DNA from: Gammaproteobacteria bacterium
Lineage (GTDB): Bacteria > Pseudomonadota > Gammaproteobacteria > CBDBNL01 > JAAOII01
Direction of reading: 5' to 3'
Assembly: GCA_965209035.1 (NCBI GenBank)
Contig: OZ242372.1
Coordinates: 1,056,001-1,120,000, forward strand
Length of the DNA: 64,000 bases
Of the stretch, positions 52,001 to 60,587 are shown one piece after another. The stretch's first letter is position 1, and each line of letters begins with the position of its first letter. The notes beneath the pieces were generated by a model. The model was not told the origin of the DNA. It worked only from the letters and a program-made list of their open reading frames with translations, and did no database searches. The position numbers were made by a program, and so were the translations under genes.

Positions 52001-53984
52001 TAAGGACGACCTGAACGCGGAAAACGCGAACAAATCCGACCGGAAGGACATTCGCATCATCATCGGCAATCCGCCATATTCAGCCGGACAAAGAAATGAA
52101 AACGAGGACAATAAGAATCTGATCTACGAAAAATTGGACAAGCAAATCAGGAACACCTATGCCAACCCCAAATACAATAAAGCACAAAATAGAAACTCCC
52201 TTTACGACTCCTACATTCGGGCAATTCGCTGGGCGAGTGAACGCATCGGTGACCGCGGCATGATCGCCTTTGTAACAAACGGCGGCTTCCTATACAGTGC
52301 CGCCGGTTCCGGGGTGCGCAAGTGTTTGGCAGACGAGTTCTCCAAAATATACTGTTTGAATTTACGCGGCAATGCAAGAACTTCCGGTGAAGTTCGCCGA
52401 AAAGAAAAAGACAATGTTTTCGGTATGGGAACGCGCACTGCCATCGTCATCATCATCCTCATTAAGAATGGCAAAGAGGGCAAAGCCAATGCCAAAAATT
52501 ATGAAATCCTTTATCGGGATATAGGGGACTACCTAAAAAGAGAAGAAAAGTTAGCCTTTCTGCGGGAGAAAAAATCCGTTGCCGGCATCACCGACTGGCA
52601 AACCATTCAACCGGACGAATATCACGATTGGGTAGATCAACGGATAAACTTCCCGGCAGCCTACATACCGCTCGGCGATCAAAACAATAAAAAGGTTCTT
52701 AAAAATGCGAGGACGAATACAAGGAATGACAAGAGACAGAAAGCATTCAATATTAATCAGCCCCCTCGCCATTCCTTACAACTTCGCAGGTCTCTATTTT
52801 TATCTTTTTGCCTGGGCGTCAAAACAAACAAGGATCCATGGATTTACAATTTTGAACAACAGGCAGTCGCAGATAATATGCATCGCATGATCTCTTTTTA
52901 CGATGAACAACGTAAAGCATATCATCATCACAAGCAAGAGTGCGAAAAACAACAAGAACATCCTCCAAGTCCGGATGACTTTGTTAATAATGATCCGACA
53001 AAGATCAGTTGGGACGGCATTCTAAAAAATGAACTTGCAAGAAACAAATTTGATCCCTATCGCGAAGACGCCATCCGAAATTCCCTTTATCGCCCCTTTG
53101 TAAAAAAGCATCTTTACTTTGATCGGTTTTACAACAACAGTGTTTACAGGCTACCCTCTTTTTTTCCAAAACCAGATTCCCCGAACAAATTAATTTGTAT
53201 AACGGCAACTTCCGTGAATACTAATTTTTCAACATTAATAACCGATTTAATTCCCGACTTACACATTCTTTCCACTTCCCAGGTCTTTCCACTTTATTAT
53301 TATGACGAAGAGAATAAACGGCATTCCAACATAACACCCGCAGCCATTGCCGAGTTTAAAGAGAAGTATCAACACTCAGTTTCAGCGGAAGACATTTTTC
53401 ACTATGTATATGGTCTCTTGAACTGGCCGGCATTCAAGGTGCATTATGCCGATACACTCAAAAAAGAACTTCCCCGGATTCCCCTTCTAAAGTCCTACAA
53501 GACATTTTGCAATTTCCGGGACGCCGGCGAAAAATTGGCGAACCTGCATTTGAACTATGAGGCGGCGGCAGAATATAACCTGCGAGAACTAAACGCGCCG
53601 GAACAGGAAAGCGAGTCCGGTGATTTGAAATTGAATCACCAAGATAATCCGCCCCCGACAAATAATCGGCAACTCGAAAAGATACGGTTTGCCGGCAAAC
53701 AAAGACAACCGGACAAAACACAAATCGTCTATAACCCGCATCTTACGCTGGCGGGCATTCCCCTAAAAGCCTATGAGTATCAACTTTGCGGCAGATCGCC
53801 GCTGGAATGGGTGATGGAATTTTATCAAAAGAAAACGAACAAAGACAGCGGCATCACCGACGACCCGAATGCCTTGCTGCGCGAGGACCCCAACCACCTG
53901 GTCAGCCTGATAAAACGCCTCGTCACAGTCAGCATAGAAACCACAAAAATCATTGAAACCTTCCCCGAAAAACTACACGAGTAA
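49032..53984 (+). CDS. Type ISP restriction-modification enzyme (LlaGI/LlaBIII-like)
   Basis: Mrr-like GIDLVA..AIQCKFY, MACGTGKT, DEAH, SEGIDVPALD, QSVGRVMRK, DPFTGTG, GNPPY, C-terminal TRD. Confidence 0.93.
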   Translation: MANSFEDVLNTLRELSNNKREQGRRFECLMQSFLQEDPEYKNLFSDVWLWEQWPDRDGPDTGIDLVARERETGRFWAIQCKFYKKEYSLAKSDIDSFLAASGTRQFHYRMIISTTDQWTGNLRREVENQKTPCRILRFQTLAKRDIVWPDLARNQTTIKINAPKKPWKHQEDAIEKVIAGLKVADRGKLIMACGTGKTLTSIRIAEKMLPQGGTVLFLAPSLSLLSQNICEWAYNKTTEHTYLAVCSDTGVGRHRNQKTEEDANDPDAHYTKLEDLAYPATTNSKEIRDRLGKRKEKLQVVFSTYHSLEVLHLAQKDGAAEFDLVICDEAHKTAGQKRPDGTIPEFSQIHDANYLRARKRLYMTATPKIFAEKARQKADEAEIDLFSMDDPKVFGEELYRLSFGKAVENRMLADYRVIILCVSKEYIANKFPAFLADQDLKLPDAVKMAGCWRALTEKAISQREASGGDTGHTGDAENTANPADTETPPKILSRSVAFFNRIKDSKHFQEKMQNVVKRIQDKKTAEGNESQIPFGIEHVDGTQGALERSRKLDWLRDASNAECRILMNVRCLSEGIDVPALDAVLFMQPRRSEVDVVQSVGRVMRKAPDKKYGYIILPVVAPANADEAKVLDKNEDYKTIWEVLNALRAHDDRFNAMIHKIDLNHKKPDQVDIIGIGAGGEVVEDTKGLYGGQLDLRFGEIEEKIYATIVKKCGERLYWEDWAKNAAELVSHTETRIRGLVKNKEGAAKEFNKFLKTLRGAINPAITEEDARMMLGQHAVTQAIFEALFADYEFAQQNPVSQRMNAVLNHLGQYGLQNEVRDLESFYEDVRKRVAKIDNAEGRQAVMASLYEKFFSAAFAKEANRLGIVYTPPEVADFILHSADAVARQEFGEGLADENVNILDPFTGTGLFVARLLQNKELIGDDALKRKFQKEVFAYETVLLAYYIAAVNIEAAYQSRLNEKHYEPFKGIALTDTFQRAEKDKTEDIFKDDLNAENANKSDRKDIRIIIGNPPYSAGQRNENEDNKNLIYEKLDKQIRNTYANPKYNKAQNRNSLYDSYIRAIRWASERIGDRGMIAFVTNGGFLYSAAGSGVRKCLADEFSKIYCLNLRGNARTSGEVRRKEKDNVFGMGTRTAIVIIILIKNGKEGKANAKNYEILYRDIGDYLKREEKLAFLREKKSVAGITDWQTIQPDEYHDWVDQRINFPAAYIPLGDQNNKKVLKNARTNTRNDKRQKAFNINQPPRHSLQLRRSLFLSFCLGVKTNKDPWIYNFEQQAVADNMHRMISFYDEQRKAYHHHKQECEKQQEHPPSPDDFVNNDPTKISWDGILKNELARNKFDPYREDAIRNSLYRPFVKKHLYFDRFYNNSVYRLPSFFPKPDSPNKLICITATSVNTNFSTLITDLIPDLHILSTSQVFPLYYYDEENKRHSNITPAAIAEFKEKYQHSVSAEDIFHYVYGLLNWPAFKVHYADTLKKELPRIPLLKSYKTFCNFRDAGEKLANLHLNYEAAAEYNLRELNAPEQESESGDLKLNHQDNPPPTNNRQLEKIRFAGKQRQPDKTQIVYNPHLTLAGIPLKAYEYQLCGRSPLEWVMEFYQKKTNKDSGITDDPNALLREDPNHLVSLIKRLVTVSIETTKIIETFPEKLHE

Positions 53985-54179
53985 GTCCACGGATCACCGC
54001 CAAACTCTTGCCCGCATCTCGCCACCCAACATCAGCCCGCCTCACACTGTTATCCTGCCCGAAAAGATTCACTTAAGACCCGACACCCAATATCGCGATT
54101 TACAAGTTCACAAAAAAGATACGAAAGTACATCCTCGCTTGTTTGGAATGATTAAAATTATTACAACTACCAAAAAATA

Positions 54180-55022
54180 ATGACTACGACAAAATCGAAT
54201 ATAAAAAAAGTCCAATGCTATGGAGCAAACTTTGGCGAAAAAATGATGGAAAGGTTTTTTTCAAATATCAAGCCCCAACCATGGAATTGGAAAACAGACT
54301 TAGGAAAATATGAGCGCCTGCACACTCTTTATAAGACAGATCTCAAAGATAATAAAAAAGAAGAAGTACATTGCAAGGTACTTAAATTAAGAAATCTTTA
54401 TGGACTTCAACTCTGTATTCACAATGATGAATTACCCCGCGTCGTGCAGCATTTGTTTAAACACAAAAAAGATATTAGCAAGGACATTAAACGCGGTGAT
54501 AAAAATATAGTTGGAGATCTTGCAAAAAACGCTGCTTACCCCAAAAGGCTATGGACTTTTGCCACAAAATTTTGTTTCTTTGTGGAAAAAAACAATGAAT
54601 ACCCCATTGATGATTCACTTGTTCGAGGTGCGTTGAAACACTATGAAGAGGAACTTAAAAAACTCGGTCCGCGAATAGTCAAAATATACCATGGCCCTTT
54701 TGAACAACGATTAAAGGATGTAAAAAAGATATGGCGTAATCCAGATCCAAATACCTCAGATCCTCTGGATTATTCCGTTTACAAGGATACCATAGATGAC
54801 TTTATAAAAATATATCATCTGGACGGTATCACTTACAGGGAATTAGATTGGTACCTTTGGGTATTTGGAAAAATACTTAAAAAGAAAAACGATCCAACAG
54901 ACAAAATCCATAACCATTTTTCAAAAAAAGAGCTAGAGAAATTAATAAAAGACATGGCTTTGGAAGTTAAGTACCCCTTACAAAAGATCGGACTTTCTAT
55001 CAAGAGCACCTCAAAAACTTAA
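54180..55022 (+). CDS. Hypothetical protein (FATKF..YPIDDS..RELDWYLW motifs; possible glycosylase-like fold)
   Basis: AT-rich 280-aa ORF; function is inference only. Confidence 0.6.
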   Translation: MTTTKSNIKKVQCYGANFGEKMMERFFSNIKPQPWNWKTDLGKYERLHTLYKTDLKDNKKEEVHCKVLKLRNLYGLQLCIHNDELPRVVQHLFKHKKDISKDIKRGDKNIVGDLAKNAAYPKRLWTFATKFCFFVEKNNEYPIDDSLVRGALKHYEEELKKLGPRIVKIYHGPFEQRLKDVKKIWRNPDPNTSDPLDYSVYKDTIDDFIKIYHLDGITYRELDWYLWVFGKILKKKNDPTDKIHNHFSKKELEKLIKDMALEVKYPLQKIGLSIKSTSKT

Positions 55023-55110
55023 ACCGACGTAGTTTGTTCGGGTGAGCGAATAGATAAAAATTGTTTTTCGGATCGTTAGAACCTGGCGTTTATAAAACTT
55101 GAGATGTTTT

Positions 55111-55133
55111 CCGGCTCATTTGAAATGAGCCGG
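55111..55133. terminator. Hairpin between convergent genes
   Basis: CCGGCTCATT-tga-AATGAGCCGG. Confidence 0.6.
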
Positions 55134-55148
55134 GGCTATTTGGCGAGT

Positions 55149-56870
55149 TTAATCTTTCGGGTATGGCCAGACTTTAAGTGCTTTTTTATAAAGCCATAGA
55201 GCGCGTTTCTCTATGAGAGATTCATCCCATTTTGCCGCATGTAGAAATTCTTTCGTGTCAAAAGTCTTAATTCCGGCGGCGTATTCTTTTAATGCCTCTT
55301 GCTTGTCTTTCCATGCTTTATCTTTAACAGAGCCATTTGCCCCGGGTCTTAAGATAGCCAGATTTCCCAATCTTAATAATAGATAATCTCTATTATCCGC
55401 ATCTATATCATCCTCGTTCCAATTCTTTCTCCAGTTCTTAGGCATAACATGTTCCAAAGAAAAATCTTTGTAGGGACACAAGTCGACAGCATTTCGTTCG
55501 GGTCTCCCCAAAGAAATATCCAACAAATAAAGAATAGTTTGAGCATCTCTATTAATCAGCTTACTATGAGCAAAGCCCTCTTCCAGGGATTGGTCCGAGG
55601 GGAACTCATTATCCCCGGTTAGTTCCAGCAAACGTTCTCTCAATTTGTCATAACTATGTATCCCATCATTCCCGATCATGTCAGCGAATAGCCTATTATA
55701 ATTTTTTGTAGAATTTTTACATACGATCCGCCTTGTAAGATAATTTTCTAGAAGAGAAAACATCTTATCCCTTTCAGTTTTATCGGAAACCTTTGTCAAA
55801 ACATACAAAATATAATGAATCACCGGGGTGTTAAATGATCCCAGAACCGGTATCATGAGTTTTTGAATTGGTTGCTTTGCATCTATCCTTTCTTTCAATA
55901 GATCAATATTAATATTCTCTCTGTATGTTCTCGCAAGATCCATAAGTTTTTTAATAAACTTTTTATCCCCTTTTCTTATGTTATTATTTTTGAGATATAA
56001 TTTGTAATTCTTAAACAAGGCATCTATATTTTCATATCCTTGTTCTTTGCTGTCTCTTTCTTTGGAAAAGATCAGCAGCGAAGACTGCATAAAAAGATCA
56101 AGATTATGGCGTCTTCTTACAATTTCCGAATCCCAAAATGATTTGTTATCCTCCTGTTCAAATTCAGATTTCCAAGTTGTTTCATATAGGTTCTTACTTT
56201 CACTGTCAAATAATTCATTCTTTAATAATTCTGCCGGTGTCAAGGATACCCCAATAGAATTAATCGTATCAAAAATCTGTTGCTCGTCTTCGTTTTCATC
56301 CAATCCAACTTCCAAAAAAGAGAGGTTATCCTCTATGCGATCAATAAATTCTTTCTTAAGGTTCTTAAATATATCGCTTTTTTTGAAGTACTCATAACAT
56401 GCAAAAGTTTGGTCATTATATTCAATCTTTCCTCTGTATTTTCTTTTTATATAACTTCCTTTATCTTCCTCAGTCATGCCGCTCATTATGGAATTAAAGC
56501 ATTCAATATTATTATGGTTATGATGCAATATAGGTTCTTTTTTGCGATTAAAAAATTTTTTCTTAAACTCTTCAACATCATCGAGTTTTTCATACAACAA
56601 TCGCATCAAAATACAGAGGGTGGTTAATCTTTGCTGTCCGTCTATCAATAAACGGACATCGCCTATTTCTTCTCCGGCAGGGCGCCTCTGTTGTTTGAGG
56701 ATTAAGCAACCCATAAAATGAGATTCATTTTTATCACAAATTTTCTCCACAGAATCTAAAAAACGATCCCATTGCTCTTCCTCCCATACATAAGCCCTTT
56801 GAAAAAAAGGAACTACTATGCTGCGGTTATTAATGAATAAACTTAATGGTCCTAATGGGCTAGTTTTCAT
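55149..56870 (-). CDS. GmrSD-family (DUF262 + DUF1524/HNH) Type IV restriction protein
   Basis: VPFFQRAYVW, IDGQQRLTT, FDTINSIG, LEHVMP, LGNLAIL..N. Confidence 0.9.
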   Translation of the reverse strand: MKTSPLGPLSLFINNRSIVVPFFQRAYVWEEEQWDRFLDSVEKICDKNESHFMGCLILKQQRRPAGEEIGDVRLLIDGQQRLTTLCILMRLLYEKLDDVEEFKKKFFNRKKEPILHHNHNNIECFNSIMSGMTEEDKGSYIKRKYRGKIEYNDQTFACYEYFKKSDIFKNLKKEFIDRIEDNLSFLEVGLDENEDEQQIFDTINSIGVSLTPAELLKNELFDSESKNLYETTWKSEFEQEDNKSFWDSEIVRRRHNLDLFMQSSLLIFSKERDSKEQGYENIDALFKNYKLYLKNNNIRKGDKKFIKKLMDLARTYRENINIDLLKERIDAKQPIQKLMIPVLGSFNTPVIHYILYVLTKVSDKTERDKMFSLLENYLTRRIVCKNSTKNYNRLFADMIGNDGIHSYDKLRERLLELTGDNEFPSDQSLEEGFAHSKLINRDAQTILYLLDISLGRPERNAVDLCPYKDFSLEHVMPKNWRKNWNEDDIDADNRDYLLLRLGNLAILRPGANGSVKDKAWKDKQEALKEYAAGIKTFDTKEFLHAAKWDESLIEKRALWLYKKALKVWPYPKD

Positions 56871-56937
56871 AATGATTTTTGATTGAATAATAAAAGGTAT
56901 AAAAAATTTAACTTACTTATAACTTATTATAACCGAA

Positions 56938-57057
56938 TGCATCATCCCGGAAAGATTTTGGACTCTTCTAAGCAATCACCCCGTTACGCACACCAACAAC
57001 TTTCACCGGTTCCGTTCGGGCAAAAATACCGGGAGTTGAAACCGGGTAAGGTTATGG
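56938..57057 (+). mobile_element. MITE-like relic of the IS481-like element
   Basis: TGCATCATCCCGGAAAGATTTTGGACT left end; CAACAACTTTCACCG..AAACCGGGT right end. Confidence 0.6.
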
Positions 57058-57119
57058 TATTTTCACTTATAATTTATGTAATTTAGCAAGAAGTTATTTA
57101 TACATACTATTAATCAAAA

Positions 57120-58334
57120 ATGAAATCTACAGAAAAGAAAACCTTTAAGGAAGCGGCCATTGAGGCCCTGAAAGAAGCTGGCAAGCCTCTTTCGGCCCTG
57201 GATATTTCTTCTATCGCACAGAGAAGAGGATGGATTGAACCGAAAAGTAAAACACCGGAAGCAAGTATCAGTGCAGCTCTTTATACGGATATGAAAAATA
57301 AGGGCGATGACTCTGCATTTGATCAACCGGAAGCCGGGCTTTTTGATCTAAGCCACAAAAAGAAACAGTCCATCGCGAAAAGCGAACAGGTCGTGTATGT
57401 AATGACAACTCGGGCCATGCCGCATTATGTAAAGGTAGGAATAACAACCGAATACGGGCTAAACAACCGCCGCAAAACAATGAGCAGCACAAGTGTCCCT
57501 TTCCCATTTAAGATTTACTATGCGGCTGTGGTTGAAGATTCAAAGGGCATTGAAAGAAAGATCAGTAAAATTTTTGAGGATAAAAAAGTACATGAAAGAA
57601 AAGAGTTTTACGAGATATCTGCAGAAAAAATGAAACTAGTCATTTCAATGGCAGCCAAGCGTGTTATTTCGCCTGCCGAACAAGAACCCGGTGCAAACCC
57701 GCCTGTCGACCCGGTAGTTGTACAGGAAAAGCCGGGCGAAGGAAGCAAGACATCATCCGTGAAGCAAGAAAAAAAAGAAAAAACACCGCCCTTTCGTTTT
57801 AATCACATTCAAATTCGTCCCGGTAGCATTCTTTACTTTGTTAAAGACAAGGAGATCACTTGCGAAGTGGCGGACGATCGTCATGTCATTTATAAGGGTG
57901 AGAAGATACTTCTGGGCAAAGCATCAGAACTGGCATTGAATTCAAAAGGCTATTATTGGAAAGGTTATCAGGGAATTAATCATTGGGAATACAATGGAAG
58001 GAAATTAAAAGACATACGCGATTCTGTGAAACAAAACAGCGGAAAGATATCGCAAGATAGTCCGGAAGCCGGAAAAAAAGAAAGGGCACCACTATTCCGT
58101 TTTAACCACATTCAAATTCGCCCCGGTAGCACCCTCACCTTTGCGGAAGACGCGAGTATCACCTGCGAAGTGGCGGACGATCTTCATGTGATTTATAAAG
58201 GCGAGAAGATGCGTCTAAGCAACGCGGCAAAAGAGGCGTGGAAATTAAAAGGTCATCTTGGAAAGGCTTATCGCGGCTCCAAGCATTGGAAATACAACGG
58301 CAGGATCTTACAAGATATTCTCGACTCCATATAA
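57120..58334 (+). CDS. HARE-HTH + GIY-YIG (T5orf172-like) nuclease + two RAMA-like domains
   Basis: TFKEAAIEAL..KTPEASISAALY; VYVM..VKVGIT..TSVPFPF..KEFY; duplicated FRFNHIQIRPGS..WxYNGR domain. Confidence 0.7.
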   Translation: MKSTEKKTFKEAAIEALKEAGKPLSALDISSIAQRRGWIEPKSKTPEASISAALYTDMKNKGDDSAFDQPEAGLFDLSHKKKQSIAKSEQVVYVMTTRAMPHYVKVGITTEYGLNNRRKTMSSTSVPFPFKIYYAAVVEDSKGIERKISKIFEDKKVHERKEFYEISAEKMKLVISMAAKRVISPAEQEPGANPPVDPVVVQEKPGEGSKTSSVKQEKKEKTPPFRFNHIQIRPGSILYFVKDKEITCEVADDRHVIYKGEKILLGKASELALNSKGYYWKGYQGINHWEYNGRKLKDIRDSVKQNSGKISQDSPEAGKKERAPLFRFNHIQIRPGSTLTFAEDASITCEVADDLHVIYKGEKMRLSNAAKEAWKLKGHLGKAYRGSKHWKYNGRILQDILDSI

Positions 58335-58341
58335 AGCGGCG

Positions 58342-60042
58342 ATGGTTGCCCGCTTTGTCCGGGCGGGCATTGGGAACTTGGCTCGGATTTTGATTCCGGG
58401 TCTGTGCCTGATGTTCATCTTTGCAAAGAGCGGCATGGTATATGCGGATGAGTATTCGGCGGGAGGTGCCGGGGACATCCTTCTTGTTGAAACCGAGCCG
58501 GAACAGGGTGAGGGCGGCGGTGAGCAGATTCCCCCGGCCGAGGATCTCGGCGGCGATGATCTGTTTATCATTGAAGAATCGGGCGAGGAGGCGGATGCCA
58601 AAACGGGGAACCGGGGCTGGGAGTATATGACTAAGCACTTTGGCGGTGAGTTGATTGGCTCTTATGCGGGCATCGGCGATGCGGACAACGGGCGGTCGGG
58701 GCTGCAGGGAAGACTTCGCTATCAGGAGGATTGGTCTTGGGGCGGCGCGGCGGTGGAGGCGATTGCCTACTACTCGAGCGTGGAGTTGACTCTGGGGCGC
58801 GGCGAGAATGCGAACCAAGACACTTTTACCCAAACTTTTGAGACGAGCGATCTGGTGCTGCGCGAGGCCTATCTGCGTGCCGACCCGTTTGAGTGGTGGC
58901 GGCTGACAGCCGGGCGGCAGGTGGTGTCGATCGGGCAGTTTGATATTTTTTCGCCGGTGGATTTTGTGTTGCCGGTGGATTTTACCAACACGCGCCTTTC
59001 TTACAACAAAGTGGAATACCGCTTACCGCAGGATGCCTTGCGGAACAATTTTTATTTCGGCGGCAACTGGCGGCTTGAAACGGTTTGGTTTCCCACTCTT
59101 CTCACGGACGATCTGACGCGTCTGGTGCAGTCGGCACCGCAACAATATTATGATCCGACGCTGAACCGGGATGTGACGGTGGAGCGCGAGTTCCCCGCGG
59201 ACGAAAATCAATATTTACTTCGGTTGATCTATGAGGGCAATGATCTCACTTATGGTTTTACTTTTTATGACGGTTACAATCTGTTTGTGTTTGGCGGGAC
59301 GAGTTCGTTTTTGCACAAGGAGCCTCTGAACGGAGAGGTTGACGGTGACCTTTGGCAATATCGGGAGATCCGGCCGAACCTGCAACGCCGGCGCGCCTAT
59401 GGGTTTGAGTTGGCAAAACAGATTAAGAAGTTTTCGGTGAAGTTTGAAATCCTGGCGGAGCGGTCGACGCAGAATTTGGATTTGATTGCCAACCCTGTCG
59501 CGGACCTGAACCCCGTCCAAAGGCAGTATGCGGATTTTATCCGGAACGAGAACGGCGGGCGGCTGTATGTGGAAGGGGATCAGATCATCGCCGCGCTGGG
59601 GTTTGATTATTACGATGACAGGAACTTCTTTAATGTGTATCTGATCTCTTTTGAGAATTTTTTGGACAGTCGCGGCCGGCGTGCCGTCAACCTGGCGGAG
59701 CGTGCCTATCCGGACGAGTCGGGCGCACCTTTTGGCAATGTGTTTCCGGCATTTAATATTGGCGGTTTTTACGGCGAGCGTAATCAACACACGGTGGGTT
59801 TTATTAGCGGTTTTTTGAGTTTTGCCATAGGCGGCAGTTTGTATTATCTGAACGACTATTACGAATCGCTTCAATACGGGGTTTCGTTGGAAGCGTTTCA
59901 GTATTTGAGTAACTTTGTTAACGCGCGCCGCGCGGCGAATGACGATGATGAATCCTTTGCCCGCGGCGATGACGAGGAAAACATCCGACAACAAAATGCT
60001 TTTTCGGTCGGCTTGCGGGTGGGGTTTGAGTATAATTTCTGA
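58342..60042 (+). CDS. Putative outer-membrane beta-barrel protein, copy 1
   Basis: Signal peptide, LREAY..AGRQVV..G..D..SPVD, amphipathic strands, terminal GFEYNF. Confidence 0.7.
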   Translation: MVARFVRAGIGNLARILIPGLCLMFIFAKSGMVYADEYSAGGAGDILLVETEPEQGEGGGEQIPPAEDLGGDDLFIIEESGEEADAKTGNRGWEYMTKHFGGELIGSYAGIGDADNGRSGLQGRLRYQEDWSWGGAAVEAIAYYSSVELTLGRGENANQDTFTQTFETSDLVLREAYLRADPFEWWRLTAGRQVVSIGQFDIFSPVDFVLPVDFTNTRLSYNKVEYRLPQDALRNNFYFGGNWRLETVWFPTLLTDDLTRLVQSAPQQYYDPTLNRDVTVEREFPADENQYLLRLIYEGNDLTYGFTFYDGYNLFVFGGTSSFLHKEPLNGEVDGDLWQYREIRPNLQRRRAYGFELAKQIKKFSVKFEILAERSTQNLDLIANPVADLNPVQRQYADFIRNENGGRLYVEGDQIIAALGFDYYDDRNFFNVYLISFENFLDSRGRRAVNLAERAYPDESGAPFGNVFPAFNIGGFYGERNQHTVGFISGFLSFAIGGSLYYLNDYYESLQYGVSLEAFQYLSNFVNARRAANDDDESFARGDDEENIRQQNAFSVGLRVGFEYNF

Positions 60043-60341
60043 TTATATTTTCAGCCGGCGGCGCGGCGATGATTGTCGTCAGCCGGCGAAGACCTATTCG
60101 GGTATCCAAAAAATAAAAAGTAAAGTCCGAGGTCTTTAATTGCATTGGCTTGCGGGCGTGCCGCGCTGCCTTGCCGGGGTATCGCCTCGGCAGAGTTTTG
60201 GAGTTCGCCCGGACAAGAACAGGCGGCGGCCGAAATCCGGTGAGATGATCAAGAGTGATATAATAACTGAAAATTTTTATAGATCCTGAATTCAAGTAAC
60301 ACATCAATAATGATCATCGCAGAACTGCAAAATAACCGCCT

Positions 60342-60566
60342 CTTTAATAAAGATGACTTTTTCCCGCTTCTTCGATCTGAGCGGCTTCACGGGGACGGGT
60401 AATACTTTAATAAAGATGGTTTTTCTCCGCTTCTTCGATCTGAGCGGCTTCACGGGGACGGGTAATACTTTAATAAAGATGGCTTTTCCCCGCTTCTTCG
60501 ATCTGAGCGGCTTCACGGGGACGGGTAATACTTTAATAAAGATGGTTTTTCTCCGCTTCTTCGATT
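60342..60566. repeat. 63-bp tandem repeat (~3.6 copies)
   Basis: CTTTAATAAAGATG..GATCTGAGCGGCTTCACGGGGACGGGTAATA at 60342, 60405, 60468, 60531 (last partial). Confidence 0.95.
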
Positions 60567-60587
60567 GCTCTTTCCAAAGACAACTGA

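Noticed and set aside
60342-60566. CRISPR array
   Set aside because: Contiguous near-identical units with no unique spacers; no cas genes in the window.
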